A stretch of 59,188 nucleotides of DNA from Promethearchaeia archaeon. Lineage in GTDB: Archaea > Asgardarchaeota > Lokiarchaeia > Sigyniarchaeales > SOKP01. The DNA is taken from positions 1 to 59,188 of the forward strand of contig JAWOCD010000103.1 in the NCBI GenBank assembly GCA_046483985.1. The letters run 5' to 3'. A program made the translations under genes and the position numbers. Of this stretch, positions 51,439-59,188 are shown piece by piece (positions within the stretch are counted from its first letter, which is position 1; each line of letters opens with the position of its first letter). The notes under the pieces were generated by a model. The model did not search any database. It was not told the origin of the DNA and worked only from the letters and a program-made list of their open reading frames with translations.

Positions 51439-51933
51439 TTAAAGTCCCGGAATACTTGGTAAAACCAGATTTAGAACGTAGGCAATAACGATTAAAACAA
51501 TAAGAATAGGGATCATGACAATAAGAAAGTAATATGCATTTCTTATCGTTGCTCGGTTCCATTCTTTCATGCCTTCCTTCCAGTCATCCCTTACTTGGTC
51601 TTGCCATTTTTCCATATCTTTTTGCATTTTCTGTTTTTTTTCTTCCCACATCTCTTTGTTTTTAATCTGGGCTTTTTTGATCTCATTTCCCCATTCTTGA
51701 ACTTGCTTGTTCCAATCCTCCTCTATTTTCTTAAAAAATTGAGAAGTCTTTTCTGTATTCTTTTCCCAGTCATCCTTACTCTTTTCTGCGACCTCCTTTA
51801 AGTTTTCTTGGAATTGTTCGAAACCTTTATTGAGATTTCCCACGAAGTTGTCCCATCCTTTCTGAATCGGATTGGAATTTTTCTTTTTCTCTTCGTTAGT
51901 GTTTACCATTACATTATCCTTTTTTTCATTCAT
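51439..51933 (-). CDS. Amphipathic-helix protein with C-terminal TM anchor
   Basis: Periodic Trp/Phe helical repeats; single C-terminal hydrophobic segment. Confidence 0.7.
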   Translation of the reverse strand: MNEKKDNVMVNTNEEKKKNSNPIQKGWDNFVGNLNKGFEQFQENLKEVAEKSKDDWEKNTEKTSQFFKKIEEDWNKQVQEWGNEIKKAQIKNKEMWEEKKQKMQKDMEKWQDQVRDDWKEGMKEWNRATIRNAYYFLIVMIPILIVLIVIAYVLNLVLPSIPGL

Positions 51934-52007
51934 ATCTAAATTAATAATAACAATCTAAATTATTATTTTTTATCATTTTCACTATTATAATTTTCTTGAT
52001 CGTGCAC

Positions 52008-52100
52008 TTGAACTACTCTCACCTAAAGGCGTGAGATTCATATTCTCTAATGCGTGATCAGGTACATTAGACAATATAGGTTGTTCTCCAACCGTAAATA
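52008..52100 (-). mobile_element. Second copy of the right-end / omegaRNA-like element
   Basis: Homologous to 50384-50469; ends AGTAGTTCAA. Confidence 0.7.
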
Positions 52101-52105
52101 GTGGC

Positions 52106-52948
52106 CTATTTAAAAGGAGCATCACAAATTTTACACTTTCCATCAAAGATCGCTGTGATTTTTGCGCAATTTTCATGGTAGGCAGTTTTACACTTCTTAC
52201 ATTGCCAAATTAAGTCATCCTCTTTCTCAAATATTCCATCCCCTAAAGCGCATTTCTTAATGGGCGACTCGATGTGTGCATATGTGACCTTTTCCAAATT
52301 TTTGATAATCCGAAAGCGAATCAACTTCTCCATCCTCCAATTTAACATATTACTCTCTGGTTCTTGCTGGGTTTTTGTGGTCTGAGAAGAAGCCTCTGAG
52401 GCGGACGATTGCTCTGATTCTCCATCCTTTTGTAGCGCTTCTTCGGATTTTTTTTCATGGTCTTGTTCCCGCTTTTTAGAGGGAACATCCTCCGAAGATC
52501 TAAGAACCACATTATCTTCACTTAAATTTGCAGAATTAGCATTTTCAAGTTCACTGGAATCATTTTCCTCGGGATCGTTTTCGGAAGAGGAAATTTCGGT
52601 AAGATTCATTGAATTCCCAATGTTTTCTTGTAGACTCCCAGATACAGGGTATTTTGAGTAATCTGGGACGAGATACTCCTCTTTTGAAAGCATCTCCTTT
52701 TCAGTTTTCGTATCAATGAGGGCACTCATATAAGTAGAAATAAGGTTTGGATTAAGATTTCGGACTCGTTTCAGAAAGTTCGCCGCATCGTATTGATTCT
52801 CATTCGTATCATCGGCCATTATATCAAACGCTTTATCTAAATAAAATGAAATCATTCGCATTGAGTGCTTTTTCACATACTTGTTGAACTTTTGCGCGAT
52901 TTCTATAATCCGATCGTCCCAATCATTATCAATAACAATAACATCCAT
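52106..52948 (-). CDS. Hypothetical protein with C-terminal PHD/RING-like finger
   Basis: C...WQCKKCKTAYHENC...CKIC. Confidence 0.72.
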   Translation of the reverse strand: MDVIVIDNDWDDRIIEIAQKFNKYVKKHSMRMISFYLDKAFDIMADDTNENQYDAANFLKRVRNLNPNLISTYMSALIDTKTEKEMLSKEEYLVPDYSKYPVSGSLQENIGNSMNLTEISSSENDPEENDSSELENANSANLSEDNVVLRSSEDVPSKKREQDHEKKSEEALQKDGESEQSSASEASSQTTKTQQEPESNMLNWRMEKLIRFRIIKNLEKVTYAHIESPIKKCALGDGIFEKEDDLIWQCKKCKTAYHENCAKITAIFDGKCKICDAPFK

Positions 52949-53208
52949 AAAAAATCTATCGTTAAAATATGGTTAAAATTCCCATTTAAAGATTTTTATT
53001 TTCTCTCTTAAAATAAAAACGATGTTCAATTAATCCTCCCGGTGATCAAGAAGATTGAATTTTATTAAATATTTAGGAAAAAATATGAAACTTTTTCACT
53101 ATTTTATTTAAATCTCTATTTTTATTTTAGATAATTTATTAAATTGTGATAAATTTTTAATCTCAAAAGTTAAATAAAAAATATTTTCAAAAATTTAATG
53201 GGATTATT

Positions 53209-54591
53209 ATGGATTTTACATTATTGAAAACGACGCCTTTATACGATGCTTTCTCAGAACTGGGAAAACGAATCTATCTACCAGACGGAATCTTTCATTG
53301 GTCCGGTCGTGCAAAAAAGGAAGCAGAACTGATCGGAACTATTGGTACAGCCTATGGATTTGAAAAAGATTTTGTAGAAGGAGGAAGTGAGGAGTGGATG
53401 GCATGTTACTTGGAAGATATAAACGAATATTCTTCCTTAACTTCAGAGAATATCGTCCCTTATGCCTCGATTGGAGGTCTTTCAGAAATGCGTGAATTTT
53501 GGAAAGACTGGATCACCAACAAATCAGGTTACGACAAAGAAAGAGAACAAGAAAAAATTGAGTTCCTTAAAACTTATATCACCACTCCTTTAATCACCTC
53601 GGGGATAACCAACGCAATTTTTGTCACTTGCTCCTTATTTTTGGATCAAGGCGAGTACATTTTGAGTCCCAATAAGCGCTGGGGGAATTATAATAATATC
53701 ATTTCAAAAAATATTGGTGCCAAAATTAAGTCCTTTGATTTTTTCAAAGATAAAAGACTCAATATTCAAGGGATTAAAAATGCAATCAAGGATCTCGCAA
53801 AAGAACAAGAGAAAATTGTACTTATCTTGAATTTTCCCAACAACCCCACCGGATATGTGCCTAGTCCAGCAGAAGCGGAAGAACTCGTCATTAGTTTACG
53901 GGAAATACAACAAGATATCAAAAAACCCATCATCGTGCTTGTTGATGACGCCTACGAACCCTATATATATACCGATGAAGTGATAAACACCTCAATCTTT
54001 TACGACTTATTGGAACTAAAAGGAGATATTATTCCGATCAAACTGGATGGTATTTCCAAGGAATTATTTATGTATGGGGGTCGGATTGGAAGTATTACAA
54101 TAGGTTTAAAAAAGGCATGGGTTGCAAATGAAGAGGAGTTGGAAACCTTAAAAACAGAGATAAATAATAAACTTGAAGGATTAAACCGAAGTAGTATTTC
54201 AAATTCTAACCGGTTTTATCAAGCTTTAACGGTGAAAATGTTCAAAGAGAAGGGGATAGACAAGATAGTTCAACATCGTGAGAAGATCCGAAGATTATTG
54301 AAAGCTCGATATGAGAAGATCAATGAAGAATTGAATCAGATTCATGATGAGAAAATAAGCGTGGACCCGAATGCAGGAGGATTTTTCGTATTTGCGAATT
54401 TAGACCCCGAAAAAGTGAAAGCTACCGAGTTTGCAGATCTTTTACTGAAAAAATATAAGGTTGGAGTTATACCCATCGAAAAACCCGAGATAAATATCAA
54501 TGGGATTAGAATTGCCTATTGTTCTATTGACCTCCAAAAGATTCCGGAATTTGTGGATCGTATTAAAGAGGCTTTAAAGGATTTTGACTAA
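53209..54591 (+). CDS. PLP-dependent aminotransferase class I/II
   Basis: NFPNNPTGY, DDAY, DGISKELFMYGGRIG. Confidence 0.92.
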   Translation: MDFTLLKTTPLYDAFSELGKRIYLPDGIFHWSGRAKKEAELIGTIGTAYGFEKDFVEGGSEEWMACYLEDINEYSSLTSENIVPYASIGGLSEMREFWKDWITNKSGYDKEREQEKIEFLKTYITTPLITSGITNAIFVTCSLFLDQGEYILSPNKRWGNYNNIISKNIGAKIKSFDFFKDKRLNIQGIKNAIKDLAKEQEKIVLILNFPNNPTGYVPSPAEAEELVISLREIQQDIKKPIIVLVDDAYEPYIYTDEVINTSIFYDLLELKGDIIPIKLDGISKELFMYGGRIGSITIGLKKAWVANEEELETLKTEINNKLEGLNRSSISNSNRFYQALTVKMFKEKGIDKIVQHREKIRRLLKARYEKINEELNQIHDEKISVDPNAGGFFVFANLDPEKVKATEFADLLLKKYKVGVIPIEKPEININGIRIAYCSIDLQKIPEFVDRIKEALKDFD

Positions 54592-54885
54592 TTTTTTTTA
54601 ATCTTCTTTTTTCTGAATAATTTCTGAAGAAGAGCAGTGAATTAGATTTAATTTATCATTAAGTTCTGGATTAATTCTTCAAGATTCAAAAGCCGACTTA
54701 TAATTAAGGAACCAGCAAACATAGGGAAAGAGGGGAAATCTACGGTACATTTTCATTTTGGAGTACCCAAGAGCGTTTCTGCTTTTTTTTAAAATTTATC
54801 GTTTCAGTTGCCAAATTTTTCTTAATGGAAAGATTTTATATGAGAAAAACTTATTAGTTTAATATAAGTTAATTAAATACTGAGG

Positions 54886-56010
54886 TTGAAAATTATGAAA
54901 CTTTTTTTGATTCACAAAGGAGAACTCGAGGAAATTAACAGGCCAATCTTTTCTACGGGGGATGTATATATCTTAGATGAAGATCGCACGATTTATGTAT
55001 GGATCGGGGAGAAGTGTTCCGTGGATGAGAAAGCATCGGGAGCGGCCCTAGCAAGGGAATTGGATAAAGAGAGAGGGGGCGCGGCAAAGATAATTACGGT
55101 GGACCAAGGAGAAGAACCCAAAAGTTTTATAGAAACAGTTGACGAACTGGGAACAATGAAAATTGTCAAAAAAAATATTGCAAAGACCATGTTAAAGGAT
55201 GTAACAACCGGCGATTGGTCAGGGTTCGATGACTGGAAGAATGTTTTGTATCGGGTTAGCTCAGAAGAATTTAAAGATATCAATACCATGAAGCTCATTC
55301 AAGTTCCGTTCTCAAAGGATTCTCTTGATTCAGAAGATTGTTATATTGCCGACCTTGGCAATAAAGTCTATATTTGGCAAGGGAAAAGCTGTAATGTCCA
55401 AGAAAAGGTGAAAGCCGGACAATGGGCACGGAAAATAGATGCAGATAGACCGGGGTTACAAAATGAGGAAATCTTCGAAGAAGGAGATGATGAGAAATTC
55501 ATTGCAGCTCTTAAAAGGGGTGTGGATTATAAAGAATCTGATGCCCCTCAATTAAGAGCTGAATCAGAATTAGAAGCAATGACCGAGGAAGAAATAGCAG
55601 ATACAACGATACCCGAAGAGGGTAAATCTGAAATAGAAAAACCAGCAGGAGGTGAGGTTATGGAAAAAGAAGAAAAGGAAGAAGTACAAAAGCCAGAAGC
55701 GGAGGAGGTAAAAGCAGAAGAGGAAGAAGAAGGAGAGGTTTGGGGCAAGGATGAAGAGGAAATTACAACTCCAAGTCCCGATGCATCTACCTCGTCCAGT
55801 GCCGCACCAGGTAGACCCGGTCAAGAAAGCGATGATATCTTGACCATTGAAAAATCAGAAGGAAGACGTGTCTGCCCGCGATGTGACGAATCAAGCAAAG
55901 ATATGATACACGAATCAGTGGATAAGGGAAATATTATTCTGGACTATCCAAGAATGTACGGTAAGAAATATCGCTGCGGGTCATGTGGGTGTGTTTGGCG
56001 TGAAAAATAG
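54886..56010 (+). CDS. Two-domain gelsolin-family protein with acidic linker and C-terminal zinc finger
   Basis: FSTGDVYILD..IYVWIG...VDQGEEP and SLDSEDCYIAD..VYIWQG...EEGDD gelsolin repeats; CPRC...CGSCG. Confidence 0.88.
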   Translation: MKIMKLFLIHKGELEEINRPIFSTGDVYILDEDRTIYVWIGEKCSVDEKASGAALARELDKERGGAAKIITVDQGEEPKSFIETVDELGTMKIVKKNIAKTMLKDVTTGDWSGFDDWKNVLYRVSSEEFKDINTMKLIQVPFSKDSLDSEDCYIADLGNKVYIWQGKSCNVQEKVKAGQWARKIDADRPGLQNEEIFEEGDDEKFIAALKRGVDYKESDAPQLRAESELEAMTEEEIADTTIPEEGKSEIEKPAGGEVMEKEEKEEVQKPEAEEVKAEEEEEGEVWGKDEEEITTPSPDASTSSSAAPGRPGQESDDILTIEKSEGRRVCPRCDESSKDMIHESVDKGNIILDYPRMYGKKYRCGSCGCVWREK

Positions 56011-56258
56011 TTTGAAATATTGAAGAAAAAACTAAGTTCTTTTATTATCTTTATTTATTTTTTATTCTGATGTGAAATACTTTTTTTATATGCCTTAATG
56101 CTATCTGTTTCTGAGTCGCTTTCTAGCTTTCTTGTATCTTGACTAGATTATTTAGGGAGATGATGAAGATATGAGCGAAAATATATCAGCCCAGGCTTGG
56201 ATTTAGACGGATCAGGTAATGACGCCGGGGCACTGAATTCTTATGAAAGGAAGGATAA

Positions 56259-57875
56259 TTATCTCTGTGTTTGTTTCTTTATATCTCTGCGCATTATTTT
56301 TATGCGTTTTTTCAAATCAACAATTTTATTCTTTTTCTCAGTAAGCCTTTCGCTTAACTTTTCATTTTCAGTTTCCAACTTAAGCTTTTCATCTTTTACA
56401 TCTTGAAAATCGGATAACAATTTATCCTCAATCTTTTCCGCCTCCGAGAGTTTTCGCTGCAGCGTGGATACTTTTTGCTCCAATTCTCCACTCTTCTTTC
56501 TTTCTTGAGCCATTTTCTGCTCCATATTGGAGCATCTAAATTCCAACTTGGCGGATTCCTTTTGAGCCTTCTCTAATTTATTTTCCAATCGCTCGATAAG
56601 CTCTTGGGTCGTATCATTTTTTTGTTTCAATTTTTCAATCTCTAAGGTAAGTTGTTGATTCTGCTGTTCTTTTTTTTCTAAATCTTTTTTCATAAGAGGG
56701 AACATTTCTAATTTTTGTTTTAATTCGTTGATTTTCTTGTTTGAAGATTGGATGGTGTTTTGGAGTTCAAAAATAGTTTTCTCCTTCTCGGTGATGATTT
56801 CATCCTTCTTCTCGACCAAGACCTTTACATTTTTATATTTTGATTTAGGAACGGTATCTTTTTCCAGATAATCAACTTGTTCTTTGAGGTCTTGGATTTT
56901 CTCTTCCTTCTTTTCCATTTTCTGAATCATCTGATCGGATTCTTTCCCTTCTTGTTCCAATTCTTTAATGGTTTCCTGGAATTGTTTAATTTTCTGATCT
57001 TTTTGTTGGATTTGAGAGGAAAGATCTTGGATATTCGATTTTAATTCTTGAATCTGCTGAGTCTTAGTTTGATTTTCCTCTTTAACGAGTTCTAAGTTTT
57101 TGACGGTTTCTTGTAATTCTGAAATGGTTGTTTCCTTATGTTCTAATTGTTCGTGGAGATCTGAGAGCTCCTCTTCTTTTTGTTGGAACTCATTTATCTG
57201 GGATTGCATTGAGGAGATTTGTTTATCCTTTTTATCGATGATTTTTTCCAACACATCAATCCGTTCCAAACGTTCCTTAAGATTCTGGATTTCTTGTTTC
57301 TTTTCTTTGAGGCGTTCCGATAATCCGCCTTCTTTTTCTTGTATATGCGCTTCCAGTTCGGCTATTTCGTTATTTAATTCTTTAATTCTCTGGTTTTTAT
57401 TCTCATTGGCATTTTTTAAAGTGTCTAATTCTTTAATTTCTCCTTGAAGGTTGCCGATTTTTTGGCTCTTCTCTTCAATAATTCCTTGTTTTTCCTTCAC
57501 TTGGGTCTGAAGCGCTTCAATTTCATTCTTTTTTTCTTCTAAGAGTACTTCATTTTGCTCGGTCCTCCCCTCGGGTCTCTCTATACCTTCTAATTGGTCT
57601 TTGTAATCCTCGATTTGTTCCATTAATTTCCTTTTATCGGTTGCATATTGCTCTTTTTCTCTTTTTATACTCTCAAGGTCTTGAGAAAGGGTCTGAACCT
57701 GGGAACTTAATTGCTGGTTAGTCTTTTTAAGATCTTGCACAAGGGTATGAAGTTCTTCTTTACTCATTTGTTCCGTTTTCTTCTTATCTCTTTTCTTTTT
57801 CTCTTCCACCCATCCGAGGGCTGAAAGTGCTTCGACTAAGGAATCATCTTCATCCCGTTTATTTTCATCAGACAT
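56259..57875 (-). CDS. Long coiled-coil protein
   Basis: 538 aa of E/K/Q heptad repeats. Confidence 0.8.
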   Translation of the reverse strand: MSDENKRDEDDSLVEALSALGWVEEKKKRDKKKTEQMSKEELHTLVQDLKKTNQQLSSQVQTLSQDLESIKREKEQYATDKRKLMEQIEDYKDQLEGIERPEGRTEQNEVLLEEKKNEIEALQTQVKEKQGIIEEKSQKIGNLQGEIKELDTLKNANENKNQRIKELNNEIAELEAHIQEKEGGLSERLKEKKQEIQNLKERLERIDVLEKIIDKKDKQISSMQSQINEFQQKEEELSDLHEQLEHKETTISELQETVKNLELVKEENQTKTQQIQELKSNIQDLSSQIQQKDQKIKQFQETIKELEQEGKESDQMIQKMEKKEEKIQDLKEQVDYLEKDTVPKSKYKNVKVLVEKKDEIITEKEKTIFELQNTIQSSNKKINELKQKLEMFPLMKKDLEKKEQQNQQLTLEIEKLKQKNDTTQELIERLENKLEKAQKESAKLEFRCSNMEQKMAQERKKSGELEQKVSTLQRKLSEAEKIEDKLLSDFQDVKDEKLKLETENEKLSERLTEKKNKIVDLKKRIKIMRRDIKKQTQR

Positions 57876-58053
57876 AATCGATTACCAGATTTGCTATGAC
57901 TTTTACTTTTTATACTTAAGATTAAATTCATATTTTTATCTATTAAATTTTCGCATTTTCAAATTTTACCAAAGTTTCAATTTAATCCTTTTTGGTTAAA
58001 AATATTTATTATTGTTGAGATTAATATATTTATAACAAACAAAGTAGAAAGAT

Positions 58054-58749
58054 TTGAGATTTAATATGCCATTTAAGAGAATTGAAACGGGAATCCCCGG
58101 ATTGGATGATTTAATTGAAGGGGGTATTCCTGAGAATTTTATTGTCCTTGTTTCTGGAACCTCAGGCACCGGAAAAACCACGCTTAGTCTTCAGTTTTTA
58201 GTAGAAGGAGTAAAGAAATATAATCAAAAGGGAATGTATATTGGTTTGGGAGAAGATGTTGAAATAATCCAAAAAAGTATGGAAAATTTCGGAATGGATT
58301 TAAAAAAATTGGGTGAAAATAATGATCTGGTGTTTGCCGATATCCCAGCTCTTGAGCTGGAAGAGGTGGAAATTTTACTTGATGGAGTATCCGAAGATGT
58401 AGAACGGTTAGTAATTGATCCTATGTCTGCACTCTTGTTTAAATATGAGGATATGGAATTAAGACAGAAAATCCGAGAGCTAATTGAATTAATTCGCTCA
58501 AAGAATATTACAGCTTTGATTACTACTGAATTGCCCGAGAATAGCACGGGGATTAGTCGATTCGGAATAGAAGACTTCTTATCAGATGGGATTATTGTCT
58601 TATATTATTTAAAAGACAAGTCTAAGAGATATCGTGGACTGGAAGTTCGTAAACTCCGGGGAACGAATCATAGTTCCGACATACATCTTTATAAGATTAC
58701 CACCAATAAAGGAATAGAGGTATTTAAAAACAGAATAAATTTTGACTAA
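58054..58749 (+). CDS. KaiC/RAD55-family RecA-fold ATPase
   Basis: ETGIPGLDDLIEGG, GTSGTGKT, LEVRKLRGTNHS. Confidence 0.92.
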   Translation: MRFNMPFKRIETGIPGLDDLIEGGIPENFIVLVSGTSGTGKTTLSLQFLVEGVKKYNQKGMYIGLGEDVEIIQKSMENFGMDLKKLGENNDLVFADIPALELEEVEILLDGVSEDVERLVIDPMSALLFKYEDMELRQKIRELIELIRSKNITALITTELPENSTGISRFGIEDFLSDGIIVLYYLKDKSKRYRGLEVRKLRGTNHSSDIHLYKITTNKGIEVFKNRINFD

Positions 58750-58754
58750 TTTAC

Positions 58755-58953
58755 CCATAGAGTGCGAGAAGACACTGTCCCTCAGGGCGGTGATAAATCG
58801 CACATATATTTATAAAGCAGCGATACTATAATTTAATTGAAGGAGGATAACCACGTTCATCATATAATCGCAGGAAGTGCGAGGATGGCGTTTGGAGAGG
58901 ATGTAAGACCGATGTTATCTGTGTCGGCAATTCTCAATGAATTAAAAATCCAT
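58755..58953 (+). mobile_element. Second copy of the IS605-derived mini-element, right-end hairpin lost
   Basis: TTTAC flank, then CCATAGAGTGCGAGAA..., TTTATAAA and a scaffold collinear with the reverse complement of 44182-44405. Confidence 0.78.
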
Positions 58954-59188
58954 TTTAATATCATTTTTTTCCGCTAACGATATATTAATTTCTTTTAATC
59001 TATTGATTATTTCATTGGTATCGAATATCTTTCTTCGATATTTTACACAACAGATGTAATGGTAGTTTAATGAATACACCGAATGAGCACCTTTATCAAG
59101 TTCGTATCCCATTCTATTCACTTGGTTACTAAGATAATACCAAAAACCAAATATAAAAATGTTTGTATAATATACGAAATTCATCCCC
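58952..59188 (-). pseudogene. tnpA: Truncated tnpA 5' part and left end of a second IS200/IS605 copy
   Basis: Nearly identical to 1480-1716; ATG at 59112; breaks off before the HUH motif. Confidence 0.9.

Noticed and set aside
54590-54760. Minus-strand short frame with an internal TGA
   Set aside because: No recognisable protein features or SECIS; likely chance.
1-59188. CRISPR array, rRNA, integrase or provirus
   Set aside because: No regularly spaced repeats, rRNA-like segments or viral hallmark genes were seen by eye.
1-59188. Genome-wide UGA reassignment
   Set aside because: Several ordinary genes (GPN GTPase, PIG-L, lysE, proB-upstream neighbours aside) end in TGA at expected positions and Trp is encoded by TGG, so any UGA read-through must be site-specific.

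Overview
AT-rich archaeal chromosomal segment, very likely from an Asgard archaeon of the Lokiarchaeia. Supporting genes are an archaeal histone, eS30, a GPN GTPase, a proteasome beta subunit, a two-domain gelsolin, RING, JAB/MPN, MIT-like, HEAT/PCI-like and IFT52-like proteins, and an intron-containing tRNA-Trp. Both window ends fall inside copies of an IS200/IS605 element. At the left end it has a frameshifted tnpA and an uninterrupted tnpB that the ORF track misses. Six short IS605-end/omegaRNA-like relics lie in intergenic regions. The ORF track also misses UGA recoding: selD starts 102 nt upstream of the called ORF, reads G-U(Sec)-S-C-K, and has a eukaryote-like SECIS hairpin in its 3' UTR. 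The most novel candidate is a surface-glycoprotein-like reading frame (42906-43826) broken only by two in-frame UGA codons and followed immediately by a second SECIS-like hairpin. It is either an undescribed selenoprotein or a pseudogene. All calls come from reading motifs by eye; no searches or folding programs were run.
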